From NCBI GenBank assembly GCA_021851895.1, contig JAJZQJ010000005.1, positions 14,572 through 78,571 of the forward strand: 64,000 nucleotides of DNA. The letters run 5' to 3'. The notes beneath the pieces were generated by a model that was not told where the DNA came from, did not search any database, and saw only the letters and a list, made by a program, of their open reading frames with translations. The translations under genes and the position numbers were made by a program. This DNA is from a bacterium. GTDB taxonomy: Bacteria > Patescibacteriota > Minisyncoccia > Phycocordibacterales > UBA6899. Shown here piece after piece: positions 1 through 9,824 of the stretch (position 1 is the stretch's first letter; each line of letters starts with the position of its first letter).

Positions 1-180
1 CTCGTGCGCGCTCGATTGCCGCACGCGGTAGTCTATGGTGCATTACGCATAGAGATTCACTATGAAGAATCAGTGTACAAAACGCCGGAATGCTCCGTCG
101 AGCGCATGCGCAAGATCATCGATGACATCGCAAACATCGAGATGAAACCGGATGATGAGAAGCCCTTTTCGATCGAATAG
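1..180 (+). CDS. 3' end of a hypothetical protein (partial)
   Basis: Frame 1 is open from base 1 to TAG at 178-180 (...RMRKIIDDIANIEMKPDDEKPFSIE*) and is followed directly by a terminator hairpin. Confidence 0.5.
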   Translation, partial: LVRARLPHAVVYGALRIEIHYEESVYKTPECSVERMRKIIDDIANIEMKPDDEKPFSIE

Positions 181-181
181 C

Positions 182-203
182 AAAGCCCGCTTGCGGGCTT
201 TTC
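182..203 (+). terminator. Intrinsic terminator
   Basis: AAAGCCCGC-TT-GCGGGCTTTT hairpin with T tract. Confidence 0.7.
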
Positions 204-241
204 TTCATCCCACAAAGTGTGTTTGTGTTATACTACGAAAC

Positions 242-988
242 ATGGAAATATCCCCTCGAGACGCCCACTGGCTGCTGACAGAAAAATACTTCGGAATAAA
301 GACACCAGACTACTTTCATGACCTCGAGAGGCTTACGCGAGGCGAACCCATCGCATACGTTATCGGATGGATCCCCTTCCTTCGTGCACGTATAAAACTT
401 GACCACCGTCCGCTTATACCGAGACCGGAAACAGAATACTGGAGTGAAGTTGCATTCAAACTACTCACCCAGAAACATGGACATATCGCAAATCTATCGT
501 TTGCCGACTGCTATGCGGGAAGCGGCTGCATCGGCGTAGCAGCACTGCTCTATTTCCCTAAAGCGCGCTGCACATTCATTGATATCGGATCCGATGAATG
601 CGCACAAATCGAGGAAAACATCAAAATAAATATCACCCACGCTGAGCGTGCGACAGTACTCCTTGGTGACTCGTGCTCCATGCTCGCAGGCCCCTATGAT
701 GCGATTTTCGCAAATCCTCCATACATCGCTGAAAATGACACTACCGTTGAGAAGAGCGTGCGAGACTGGGAACCACAACGTGCACTCTTTGCATCACAAG
801 ATGGACTCGAAGAAATACGGAAGCTCCTTGGCTGTGCGAAAGACCACCTCCGACCAGGTGGTAGCCTCTTCTGTGAATTCGGGCTTGGTCAAGAAACTCA
901 CATTCGAGAACTCCCCGAAGCTGCACAATGGAACATTGAATTCCTTCCCGATCAATATGGCGTCATTCGCTGGTTCCACGCAAACTAA
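242..988 (+). CDS. prmC: Release factor glutamine methyltransferase (HemK/PrmC)
   Basis: GEPIAYVIG, LIPRPETE, GSGCIG and ANPPYI motifs; start placed at ATG 242, 7 nt after a TATACT -10 box. Confidence 0.93.
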   Translation: MEISPRDAHWLLTEKYFGIKTPDYFHDLERLTRGEPIAYVIGWIPFLRARIKLDHRPLIPRPETEYWSEVAFKLLTQKHGHIANLSFADCYAGSGCIGVAALLYFPKARCTFIDIGSDECAQIEENIKINITHAERATVLLGDSCSMLAGPYDAIFANPPYIAENDTTVEKSVRDWEPQRALFASQDGLEEIRKLLGCAKDHLRPGGSLFCEFGLGQETHIRELPEAAQWNIEFLPDQYGVIRWFHAN

Positions 989-999
989 ACATCTCCCAT

Positions 1000-2295
1000 A
1001 TGAACAATAAAGTGATCACCGCAACAAGCACTGGAATCGCGCACAACGGCGCGGCGCGCTGTGATATCGGCGGAATTCCGCTCTATGTGCACGGCATGCT
1101 CCCTAATGAGACTGCGGTTATTGATATGACCCGAAAACACGGGGTCATGATCGGCGAGATCAAAGAGTTCATCGAGATATCGCCACATCGTAAAGCACCG
1201 GAAGAATTGCATTATCTCTCTTGTAGCCCCTGGCAGGTCGTGCAATATCCGACCCAAGCGGCATTGAAACAAGAGATATTGAATGACCTCTATGCTTATT
1301 ATGACGATGCACCTAAGGTCGCTTTTACACCAGCTGAACAATATTACGGATATCGTACAAAGGCGGAATTCTCCTTCACCGACAGAGACGGAATCGGCGG
1401 AGACACACCACTCGCGCTCGCATACCACATACGTAATGCAGGCAAGTCACGAGTACCCCTCCCCGAAGGTTGTGCACTGCTCTCTGACAACATGAACAGA
1501 ATAGCGCTCGCGATCTGCGGTAAATTACGCGACCTCAAGCTCACTGCATATGAACTTAAAGCGCTAACAGTAAGAGAAAGCAAGACAACGAATTCCTGTA
1601 TTGCCATCCTCTATGTGAAAGAAAAAGATATACCAAGATTCTCAATAGATGATATTCCTGGTCTCGATGGTATAGAGATATGGTATTCGACGCATCGTTC
1701 ACCCGCAGCCGTAAAGACTGAACTGCTCTTCGAAAGTGGATCGCATACGCTGACTGAGGTCATCGACGATGTTGCATTACACTACCCTTCAGATGGGTTC
1801 TTTCAGAACAACATCCCTGTGTTCAAAAAGGCTGCGCAACGTATGCTTGAGTTCTTACCCGAAGGGACCGACTTGCTCGAACTCTATTCTGGAGTCGGAA
1901 CCATAGGGCTCCTACTTGCAAAAAAAGCAAAGAAAGTTCATGGCGTAGAGATCAACGCATCTTCAGTCGCGCTTGCAGAAGAAAATGCTCAAGTGAATAA
2001 TATTACGAACTACACAGCGGAGTGCTTACCTGCAGAGAAGATAAACACCGAGCTCATCGCCGCTCACGAGACACTCCTCCTTGACCCCCCGCGCGCGGGA
2101 CTCCACCCTAAACTCATCAAGCACATAAAGGAGGCTGGCCCAGACACCATCATTTACCTCTCTTGCAATCCAGAAACGCAAGCACGCGATGTAGCAGACC
2201 TTAAGGAGTCTTATAAAATTACTCATATTGAAGGATTCGACTTCTACCCGCAAACACCACACTGTGAATCTCTGGTCGTCTTGAAAAAGCGATGA
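1000..2295 (+). CDS. rlmD: 23S rRNA m5U methyltransferase (RlmD/TrmA family)
   Basis: N-terminal TRAM-like domain, YGYRTK, FFQNN, LYSGVGTIG, DPPRAGL, YLSCNPET, DFYPQTPHCE. Confidence 0.88.
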   Translation: MNNKVITATSTGIAHNGAARCDIGGIPLYVHGMLPNETAVIDMTRKHGVMIGEIKEFIEISPHRKAPEELHYLSCSPWQVVQYPTQAALKQEILNDLYAYYDDAPKVAFTPAEQYYGYRTKAEFSFTDRDGIGGDTPLALAYHIRNAGKSRVPLPEGCALLSDNMNRIALAICGKLRDLKLTAYELKALTVRESKTTNSCIAILYVKEKDIPRFSIDDIPGLDGIEIWYSTHRSPAAVKTELLFESGSHTLTEVIDDVALHYPSDGFFQNNIPVFKKAAQRMLEFLPEGTDLLELYSGVGTIGLLLAKKAKKVHGVEINASSVALAEENAQVNNITNYTAECLPAEKINTELIAAHETLLLDPPRAGLHPKLIKHIKEAGPDTIIYLSCNPETQARDVADLKESYKITHIEGFDFYPQTPHCESLVVLKKR

Positions 2296-2309
2296 TCCTG
2301 TGCTAATCT
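2281..2309 (+). promoter_or_regulatory. Sigma70-type promoter for the small ORF
   Basis: TTGAAA-17 nt-TAATCT with a TG extension. Confidence 0.55.
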
Positions 2310-2319
2310 ACATTCAATT

Positions 2320-2400
2320 ATGGCAAACAAGAAAGAAAAGCAGGCACAGCGCCAAAAGGCAAAGCGTGCAGGCAAGACCCCAAATACACGTATGCGTTAA
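2320..2400 (+). CDS. 26-aa Lys/Arg-rich micro-protein MANKKEKQAQRQKAKRAGKTPNTRMR
   Basis: Not in the ORF track; fills the gap between a promoter and a terminator. Confidence 0.65.
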   Translation: MANKKEKQAQRQKAKRAGKTPNTRMR

Positions 2401-2430
2401 AATAAAACTCCCCTAAGGGAGTTTTATTTT
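2400..2430. terminator. Bidirectional intrinsic terminator
   Basis: AAATAAAACTCCC-CTAA-GGGAGTTTTATTT. Confidence 0.75.
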
Positions 2431-2506
2431 AAGAAGCATTCGCTTGCATGTTTCAAGAATTGCTTTAATATCACGTTCAGAAAGCACTTCAACGAAAGGA
2501 GCCATC

Positions 2507-3088
2507 GTGGAAAAGGCCGGAAAACAACTTTACCCCCTTTTCGTCGTTTCGGGCCCGGCAGCTGCGGGAAAATCAAAATTGGTCATCGAGCATGTCCTCG
2601 CTGATTTCCCCCAGATCTCTCGCGTCGTCACCTGTACGACCCGGAAGCGCAGGATTGAAGAAAAGGATGGTATCGACTATCACTTCCTCTCGGATAAGCA
2701 ATTCAATAAGGCTCTCAAGGAGAACGAATTCATCGAGCATGCCGATGTGCATGGCAAACTCTACGGAGTTCGCGCTCAGGATATTCGCGAAGCGCATGCG
2801 AAGGGACCAGCGATCGTCATCATCGACCCTCAAGGCGTCGAAAAGCTCGTGGAGCTCTTCCGCGATGCGTACTGTATCTTCATCATGGCCCCAGACGATG
2901 ACCTGCGCATGCGCCTGACCGCACGGAGTACCAGCGATACCGACTTCGCGCGGCGCATGGAGGATGCTGAACATGAGCTTCGCCAGGCCAATCGTTGGTA
3001 TTACGGCTGCATCATCAACAATGCCAATGGCCACCTCGAACGATCACTCCGACAGCTCTATTTCTTCATCAAAGAGAACCTCGACTAG
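2507..3088 (+). CDS. gmk: Guanylate kinase-like protein, copy 1
   Basis: SGPAAAGKS P-loop, TTRKRR, DGIDYHF, HGKLYG; AAAGGAG SD before GTG 2507. Confidence 0.8.
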   Translation: MEKAGKQLYPLFVVSGPAAAGKSKLVIEHVLADFPQISRVVTCTTRKRRIEEKDGIDYHFLSDKQFNKALKENEFIEHADVHGKLYGVRAQDIREAHAKGPAIVIIDPQGVEKLVELFRDAYCIFIMAPDDDLRMRLTARSTSDTDFARRMEDAEHELRQANRWYYGCIINNANGHLERSLRQLYFFIKENLD

Positions 3089-3174
3089 ACGAACAAGCGC
3101 CCATGAGGCGCTTTTTGTTGCATGGAATGTAATACGCGCTACTATTAGGTATAGATGTACAGAAAGGAGGCCCC

Positions 3175-3735
3175 ATGCGTCACCCGCTATTCGTGGTCGC
3201 AGGACCACCTGCGTGCGGTAAGATCGAACTCGTCACACGTATCCTGGAGATCTTCCCTGAAATGAAACGGATAACGACGCACACAACGCGAAAACCGCGT
3301 AAAGGCGAAACGCCTGACCGTGCGTACACCTTCATTTCCGACGAAGAATTCACCTGCTCCAAGCAGAAGGGTCTCATCGCGGAGTACTCGCTGACACATG
3401 GACACTACCATGGAACGTTCAAAGAACAGCTCTATGGCGCACTGGAACATGGTCCATCTATCATCATCAGAGACCCCGAGGGTGCAGATAAGCTCTTTGC
3501 GCTGATTCCCGATGCGACATTCATCTTCATACTTGCTCCAGAAAACGAAATCTCGGAGCGCCTTCGTGGACGCTGTCACACCAAGGAAGAGCTGAATGCA
3601 CGCATGCAGGATGTCCGCAACGAAGCACTTTGCGCGATGCACGCGCAATACGGCTGTATCCTCAACAATGCCGAGCATCGCAAAGACAAAGCATTGCGTA
3701 CATTAGTAAGGTTCATTATGGAAATTTTAGGTTGA
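3175..3735 (+). CDS. Guanylate kinase-like protein, copy 2
   Basis: AGPPACGKI, TTRKPRKGE, YTFIS, HGHYHG; AAAGGAGG SD. Confidence 0.8.
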   Translation: MRHPLFVVAGPPACGKIELVTRILEIFPEMKRITTHTTRKPRKGETPDRAYTFISDEEFTCSKQKGLIAEYSLTHGHYHGTFKEQLYGALEHGPSIIIRDPEGADKLFALIPDATFIFILAPENEISERLRGRCHTKEELNARMQDVRNEALCAMHAQYGCILNNAEHRKDKALRTLVRFIMEILG

Positions 3736-3778
3736 AAAAACCGCACACTGTGGCGGTTTTTCTCAACCTTAAAGAGTA

Positions 3779-3806
3779 TTGACAAAATAAATATTTATGA
3801 TATAAT
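3779..3806 (+). promoter_or_regulatory. Near-consensus sigma70 promoter
   Basis: TTGACA-16 nt-TATAAT with a TG extension. Confidence 0.7.
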
Positions 3807-3859
3807 ATAACCCTCAAAGATCAGTTCTTTCCTTTTCCTACATCGTCCTGGAGGACATC

Positions 3860-4168
3860 ATGCGCAAGCTCTTCATCGTCTTTGGTTTCATCATGCTCAT
3901 CGGCGTCATCTTCGTCGGGCACACCTCCGAGGGTCGTCTCGCGCTCTGTCCCGCCCCTGTCCAGCAGCTGGTCAAGAGTGAAGCCAAGCGCGCAAATGCG
4001 ACCATCGCGAACATCGAGTTCGTCAAAGAAGAGATTTCCATCACCGGCCACATCGTTCGCAAGTACTGGAACGTCACCTACCGCGTCGGAAATCGCGAGG
4101 TCACAAAGCGCGTCTGCCAGCCCATCGAGGATGGCAAGCTCTGCACGGCCTCCACGTACAACATCTAG
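3860..4168 (+). CDS. Small secreted or membrane-anchored hypothetical protein
   Basis: GGAGGA SD, hydrophobic N-terminus, 3 Cys, own promoter and downstream hairpin. Confidence 0.7.
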   Translation: MRKLFIVFGFIMLIGVIFVGHTSEGRLALCPAPVQQLVKSEAKRANATIANIEFVKEEISITGHIVRKYWNVTYRVGNREVTKRVCQPIEDGKLCTASTYNI

Positions 4169-4263
4169 CGCTCGTACTGAGCGCCCCAACCGCACCCACA
4201 AGGTGCGGTTAAGTTTTTTATCTTTCGCATTTTTACGAATTTTACACAACAAAAAACCGCAGA

Positions 4264-4519
4264 ATTTGGGATACAGGTTGCCATGCTGGAGGCATGCGCC
4301 GTCAGCTCACATCAATATTTTCATTCGCAAAGCTCTGAAAATATTGTGTGGCTCCTGGCCGGGCTCGTCGGTCCTCGCATGAGTACTGCTGCGGGCCTGA
4401 CTCCGCCTTGCTCAGCGGAAAATGTTACACATTTTCTTTATCGCTTCGCACTCAAACAAGGCGTACTTGAAGTACGTTGAGTGAGTCGCATGTCGAAGCA
4501 TGGCAAGATGTGCCAAAAT
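4264..4519 (+). repeat. Dispersed structured element, copy A (with about 150-nt multibranch insert)
   Basis: TTGCCATGC-TGGAG-GCATGCG...CGTAC-TTGAA-GTACG-TTGAGTGAGT-CGCATGT-CGAA-GCATGGCAA; same architecture at 26047, 58155 and 58963. Confidence 0.8.
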
Positions 4520-4529
4520 ATGAGGTTTA

Positions 4530-4745
4530 TTAGATATCGCGCACTTCGTGATCCGGATGCTTCTTCATCATCAACATCGCCGCAAGATACAACAACACCC
4601 CCGGAATGATGCCACTAAAGATCGCAAGCACGATATACCCCACGCGAAGGATGCCAGGATTCACTTCGAGCCAATCACCGAGGCCGGCAAAGACACCACC
4701 AGCAACATGTCGTTCGCCTTTCGTATGCCTATATAGCTTTCTCAT
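4530..4745 (-). CDS. PspC domain protein
   Basis: KLYR...VAGGVFAGLGDWLEVNPGILR plus TM segments. Confidence 0.85.
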   Translation of the reverse strand: MRKLYRHTKGERHVAGGVFAGLGDWLEVNPGILRVGYIVLAIFSGIIPGVLLYLAAMLMMKKHPDHEVRDI

Positions 4746-4790
4746 AACATACATTATAGCACAAAACGGGCATGTGCCCGTTTCTGTACG

Positions 4791-5417
4791 TTACTTCACC
4801 TCAACACCAGTAATCGTGACCGGAACGATCGGTCGATCGCCAGGTGCGGTCTGTACGTTATTGATCGCTATCGCAACATCCATACCTGCGACAACACGAC
4901 CGAATACGGTGTGCTTACCATCGAGCCATGGTGTCGATTCTGCCGTGACAATAAAGAACTGGCTACCGTTCGTATTCGGCCCTGCATTTGCCATTGCGAT
5001 CACACCTTTTACGAGCTTATTACCATTGATCTCATCATCAAACTTATAACCGGGACCGCCAGTACCCCACAAAGCACTCTTCGTATCATCCTTCGAAAGT
5101 GGATCTCCACCCTGAATCATGAAATCTTTGATCACGCGATGGAAACGCGTCCCCGTATAGAAACCCTCCTTCGCGAGCTTTACGAAGTTCTCAACGGTCT
5201 TTGGTGCGTCCTTACCAAAAAGCTCGAGCGTGATGTCCCCCATCGATGTCTTTAGGGTCACCGTATTTGTCACTTCTCTTGTAGCTTCAGTTGTTGGCAT
5301 AGTGTTATTTGTTATAGGTTTCGCCGCTTTTGGAGGCTCACCCATGAAGAATAATATGAGAGAAATCACGACGACGATCGCGCCCCCTCCGACGATCCAC
5401 AATGTTTGCTTATCCAT
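4791..5417 (-). CDS. Membrane-anchored cyclophilin-type peptidyl-prolyl isomerase
   Basis: [43 protein letters not shown]; N-terminal TM. Confidence 0.95.
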   Translation of the reverse strand: MDKQTLWIVGGGAIVVVISLILFFMGEPPKAAKPITNNTMPTTEATREVTNTVTLKTSMGDITLELFGKDAPKTVENFVKLAKEGFYTGTRFHRVIKDFMIQGGDPLSKDDTKSALWGTGGPGYKFDDEINGNKLVKGVIAMANAGPNTNGSQFFIVTAESTPWLDGKHTVFGRVVAGMDVAIAINNVQTAPGDRPIVPVTITGVEVK

Positions 5418-5430
5418 ATGAATTCAATTG

Positions 5431-6207
5431 TTACTTTTTCTTCGCGAGAAACTTTTTGGCATGAGTCCAAACCTCTTTATCAAGAATGCTACTTGCACTA
5501 AAGTGTCCACCCTCTTCAAGGTATACAGGCTTTAGCTTTGCGCGTTTCGCGAATACCCGCAAAGGAGCGAGTGGTATTACTTTATCATCGCGAGCATGAA
5601 GTATCAACAACTTCGAGGAATCCATGCGTTCTGCACCAAGAAGGGGCTGATAGAACATACCACTCTTCAATTTCTCATAGGCATTTTTTACTGGACGGTA
5701 CGCACTCCCAAACCCTTCAACAAGCATATGGACGAAGTAACCAAAGGGCTCTGACTTTGATTCGACAGTCCAATCAATGACTGGAGCGAGCGCGATAGCC
5801 TTATCGATCTCGGGATATGTCGATGCGATCACCGCAGCAGCACCACCAAACGATGCGCCGATCACTATACACTCGCGCACATCGAGTACGTAGCGCATCC
5901 CATCATAGACATTCACAAAACCCTCACGGACACCCGTTGCCACAAGTCGAACGTCCTCAGCGGGCGAATATTTCAGAAATTGCCCTCTCGACTCCCAGCT
6001 TCCTCTATAGCGCATATGAAATACCCAATACCCCTTCTTTGCGAGTGCCTCTGCAGTACGCTTCTTGCTTGGCACTGAGGGGCATCCATCACAAAGAATA
6101 ATGACCTTTCCCGATGGCTTTGCAGGCCCCCAGAATTCAGTGAGCACGTCGCCAAACCACGATCTCCCCGAAAGCAGTCGCTGCTCAGTCTTTATACTTT
6201 TTTGCAT
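5431..6207 (-). CDS. Alpha/beta hydrolase
   Basis: GASFGG nucleophile elbow, HARDDKVI (Asp), GGH (His). Confidence 0.85.
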   Translation of the reverse strand: MQKSIKTEQRLLSGRSWFGDVLTEFWGPAKPSGKVIILCDGCPSVPSKKRTAEALAKKGYWVFHMRYRGSWESRGQFLKYSPAEDVRLVATGVREGFVNVYDGMRYVLDVRECIVIGASFGGAAAVIASTYPEIDKAIALAPVIDWTVESKSEPFGYFVHMLVEGFGSAYRPVKNAYEKLKSGMFYQPLLGAERMDSSKLLILHARDDKVIPLAPLRVFAKRAKLKPVYLEEGGHFSASSILDKEVWTHAKKFLAKKK

Positions 6208-6257
6208 TCTCGCAGTATAGCAAAAAGCGATGAAAACAAAAACAGGCATATGCCTGT

Positions 6258-6821
6258 TTAGTTCTTGATAGTACCATTTCGCTTCAAGACTGCGATACAG
6301 CCGACGATGATGAGCAAAAACGCATTCAGCGAAAGCATCGCGATGGTGACATAGCCGAACTCCAATGTATAGATACGATCACACGATGGCAACCCTGCCA
6401 CATATGGACACCCAAGCTTCACGAAATTGGGAGCATAGAGCGCCGCCATATCTTTGATCCACTGATAGAGCGCGACACCGCCACCAAGACTCGCAAATGA
6501 CAGTGACGTCCAAATAAGCGCCTTACTCTTCTTCCATACTGCGAAACCGAGCATAGGGACAAGTGGGTACATGAAACCGCGCTGGATCCAACAAAGTATA
6601 CATGCGGGGTAACCGACGACCTCAGAGTAGGTCAGACTCCCGACCATAGAAATGGTCGCGAGCCCGAATGCGAACAAGAGCGCATTGTCGATGAGAAACA
6701 CTCTTGCCCGAGGGAACGGATCCTTATGCATCACCCAAAAGACCATCGTCAAAACGAGGAAGATATTTCCGAGAAGTGTCGCCACCGCAAATGCGATGGT
6801 CATAAGTCCACCGAGATCCAT
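6258..6821 (-). CDS. Disulfide bond formation protein (DsbB/BdbC family)
   Basis: YPACILCWIQRGFMYP, a second Cys pair, about 5 TMs. Confidence 0.9.
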   Translation of the reverse strand: MDLGGLMTIAFAVATLLGNIFLVLTMVFWVMHKDPFPRARVFLIDNALLFAFGLATISMVGSLTYSEVVGYPACILCWIQRGFMYPLVPMLGFAVWKKSKALIWTSLSFASLGGGVALYQWIKDMAALYAPNFVKLGCPYVAGLPSCDRIYTLEFGYVTIAMLSLNAFLLIIVGCIAVLKRNGTIKN

Positions 6822-6823
6822 GG

Positions 6824-7243
6824 TTATTTCGTACTCGTCGCCATGTAACCGGCACGCTTTGCTATTTCGTCCCTGGTCATCTCACCCTCCTGGCGAGAAC
6901 CATCCTTGAATACGAATGTTGGGAACGATTCGATCTTCGCATCCTTACATACCTGAGTCTCATCTCTACCATCCGGCGTAGAACATTCGACATAAATAGG
7001 CTTCCAAACTGCCTCGCCAAGCTCTTTCTTTACACGCTGACAATGTGGACACCAAAATGCTCCATAGAAGGTGACTCCGTTATCCTTTAGGAACTGACCA
7101 AATGCCACATCCTGCGCGCTTGCGACGACCCCCTGTTCTGTCGGAGCAATTGCTTTTTTCGAAAGTGAGAAAAAGATGCCCGTAGCAGCAAGCAATCCGA
7201 CGACAATTCCGATGACCCATTTTTGTTCTTTCATATTGCTCAT
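6824..7243 (-). CDS. Membrane-anchored thioredoxin-fold protein
   Basis: FYGAFWCPHC, YVECS, IESFPT (resembles the VKOR-associated Trx domain). Confidence 0.85.
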   Translation of the reverse strand: MSNMKEQKWVIGIVVGLLAATGIFFSLSKKAIAPTEQGVVASAQDVAFGQFLKDNGVTFYGAFWCPHCQRVKKELGEAVWKPIYVECSTPDGRDETQVCKDAKIESFPTFVFKDGSRQEGEMTRDEIAKRAGYMATSTK

Positions 7244-7345
7244 TACGTATTATATGTATAGGTCATAGCATAGCACAAAACGCCCTAAAGTCTAAAAGCC
7301 TCAAAACAAGGGAATGAGGGCAAACTGTGTTATAATGTGCTACAT

Positions 7346-7723
7346 ATGGAGTCTCCTAAGATACTCATTCTCGAAGACGAAGGGCCAGTGAGGGAGCTGC
7401 TGGTGAGCAAATTCTCCGCTGCGGGATTTCAAACACTCGACGCAGCAACAGGCGAACAAGCTATCGAAATAGCCCTCAAAGAAAGACCTGATGTCATCAT
7501 AACCGATATAGTCATGTATCCGATGGATGGAACGACCTTCCTCGAAAAGATCCGCGAAAGCGGCGTATGGGGAGCACACATCCCCTGCTATGTCTTTTCG
7601 AACCAGAATGACCCAGAGATCATCCGTCGCTTGAAAACGATAGGAATCCAGCGCTATATCAGCAAGTCCGAGACCCCGATGGATAAAGTCGCTGCGATGA
7701 TCAAGGAAGATCTCGCAAAATAA
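7346..7723 (+). CDS. Single-domain response regulator (receiver)
   Basis: ILILEDE, PDVIITDIVM, conserved Lys in ISKS. Confidence 0.9.
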   Translation: MESPKILILEDEGPVRELLVSKFSAAGFQTLDAATGEQAIEIALKERPDVIITDIVMYPMDGTTFLEKIRESGVWGAHIPCYVFSNQNDPEIIRRLKTIGIQRYISKSETPMDKVAAMIKEDLAK

Positions 7724-7735
7724 CCGTTACTCTAT

Positions 7736-8119
7736 ATGGAAACACGAAAACAAAAAATACTCGTTGTCGAGGATGATCACGCGCTAAGACAGGTGCTCAC
7801 CGACCGACTCACTGAAGAGGGTTTCGAGGTGCTCGCCGCAGAAGATGGCGAAAAAGGCCTTAGCCTCGCGCAACTCCATCACCCGGCACTCATACTACTT
7901 GATATTTTTATGCCTCGCATGGATGGCATCACAATGCTCGGCAAGCTACGACAGTCCGACGAATGGGGGCAAAAAGTTTTCGTCATGGCGGTTACGAATT
8001 CCGCTGACGCAACGACCATTGCAACCATCGCGGGCTTTGGGTCAACGGAGTTCCTCATTAAGAGCGACTGGGGACTTGAAGACATCATTGCACGCATAAA
8101 AACACACCTTCGGCGTTAA
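7736..8119 (+). CDS. Single-domain response regulator (receiver)
   Basis: ILVVEDD, LILLDIFMPRMDG, LIKS. Confidence 0.9.
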   Translation: METRKQKILVVEDDHALRQVLTDRLTEEGFEVLAAEDGEKGLSLAQLHHPALILLDIFMPRMDGITMLGKLRQSDEWGQKVFVMAVTNSADATTIATIAGFGSTEFLIKSDWGLEDIIARIKTHLRR

Positions 8120-8155
8120 TACATCTTCGGAGAAGGATCAGAATCAATAGAGCTC

Positions 8156-8839
8156 ATGTTTTCGATCGTAAAAAAACATCACAGAAAGGCAATTCTATCG
8201 GTACCAATACTTTTTCTCTTGATCTCACAAGGAGAGGTTCCTCCAGGAAACAGCCTATATCTTAAACCCGTCACCTACTTCCCTGAAGTCGGTACGCCTT
8301 TTTCTGTTGAGCTCAATTTTCGAAGTATCGCACCTGTAAATGCAACAGATGGGACGATACATTTTCCACCGCAATATCTCAGCGTCGATCGCATTGATAC
8401 AGAAAAATCTGCAATAGATCTATGGGGCGCTACACCTGAATGGAGTAATGGAAGCGGCGCAATCACGTGGAGTGGTGGGATCATTCACCCTCAACTTACT
8501 AGTGGCCACCAAGACGGAAATGTGCTTCGCGCAGTGTTCGTTGCAAAACAGGCCGTACCAATGACGCTTTCTGTTGGTGAGGCGACACTTCTTGCCAATG
8601 ATGGCAAGGGTGACAATATAATCGGTAGTATTGGTAACGTAAAGATATTCCCTCGCCCCAAGGGCTTCCCCACCCCCGACATCGATGCAGATCGTAATAT
8701 CTCTGCACGCGATGTAGCACAGGTCGTCATGGCCATAGGCAAGAAATACGACCCTCGCTTCGATCTCAATGGTGATCACATCGTAAATTTCGGCGACGTG
8801 TCATTTATGCTCGATTATTATGATGCGCTGCGATCATAA
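8156..8839 (+). CDS. Secreted cohesin-like plus dockerin-like protein
   Basis: PVNATDGTIHFPP..L cohesin pattern; C-terminal DIDADRNISARD / DLNGDHIVNFGD duplicated Ca-loop. Confidence 0.75.
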   Translation: MFSIVKKHHRKAILSVPILFLLISQGEVPPGNSLYLKPVTYFPEVGTPFSVELNFRSIAPVNATDGTIHFPPQYLSVDRIDTEKSAIDLWGATPEWSNGSGAITWSGGIIHPQLTSGHQDGNVLRAVFVAKQAVPMTLSVGEATLLANDGKGDNIIGSIGNVKIFPRPKGFPTPDIDADRNISARDVAQVVMAIGKKYDPRFDLNGDHIVNFGDVSFMLDYYDALRS

Positions 8840-8866
8840 GCAGCAAGAATAACAAAGATAAACAAT

Positions 8867-9796
8867 ATGTCTTTTGATGAACTCAAAAACTATGTAAGCA
8901 GCCAGCGACTCAGTGGCAAAAACGATACTGAGATAAAAGCGGCACTCGACGAGAAGCACTGGCACAAAGATCTCATCGAAAAAGCACTTAAGGAGAGCGC
9001 AATTCCCCCTGAACCGAAGCTGAGTGAGGAAAGACTTGATACTCGCCTACTCTCGATGAGCGAGCTATTCAGAGCGGCATGGGAAGCACTCACAAAACAC
9101 CTCTCTCTTTACGTCCTCGCGGCAACGACCACGCTACTCGCACCAATGCTCGCACTTATCGTCTTCCTTGCTCCTATAATCTATGATATCCGCATACTCC
9201 ATTTCACCACGGCGGACTTCTTTAGCAGGAGCATGCTTCCGATCGTAGTTCTCCATGCGGCGATTGGAATCCTCACCATCGCCCTCATCGCATTCTGGAG
9301 CTCGCTCGCACTCTACACCATAGCGGTGCACGATGGCATGATCACCCTGCGACATGCTTTTGCGCGATCGTGGGAAAGACTTCCAGGATTCGCTTGGATC
9401 GGTGTGCTCTCAGGTATCATCGTCATACTCGGCCTCTTCGTCTTTATCATCCCCGGCATCATCTTCTCCATTTACCTCACCTTCGCATCTCTCGCATATG
9501 TCGTTCATGGAGCACGAGGAAGATCAGCACTTCTCCAAAGCGTAACCCTGGTCCATGGTAAATGGTGGAGAACATTCCTTATGGTGCTCCTTCCATCCTT
9601 TGTCACCGCGCTTATCATTAGCTTCGCAGGATCGATACTTCCTGGAATAGGCAACTTCATCGCACAGGTGATCGTCACCCCGTTCATGACGATCTATGCG
9701 TTGATCCTCTATAAAAACTACTTCGCATTCAAAAAAGCTCACGAAGTCGAAGCAGAAGAGGATCTCTCAGCGCTCACAAAAGCACTTGATAAATAA
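8867..9796 (+). CDS. Multi-pass membrane protein
   Basis: About 6 TMs, FIIPGIIF, S..LVHGKWW pattern. Confidence 0.75.
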   Translation: MSFDELKNYVSSQRLSGKNDTEIKAALDEKHWHKDLIEKALKESAIPPEPKLSEERLDTRLLSMSELFRAAWEALTKHLSLYVLAATTTLLAPMLALIVFLAPIIYDIRILHFTTADFFSRSMLPIVVLHAAIGILTIALIAFWSSLALYTIAVHDGMITLRHAFARSWERLPGFAWIGVLSGIIVILGLFVFIIPGIIFSIYLTFASLAYVVHGARGRSALLQSVTLVHGKWWRTFLMVLLPSFVTALIISFAGSILPGIGNFIAQVIVTPFMTIYALILYKNYFAFKKAHEVEAEEDLSALTKALDK

Positions 9797-9824
9797 AAAA
9801 ACCGCTCATCATAAGCGGTTTTTA

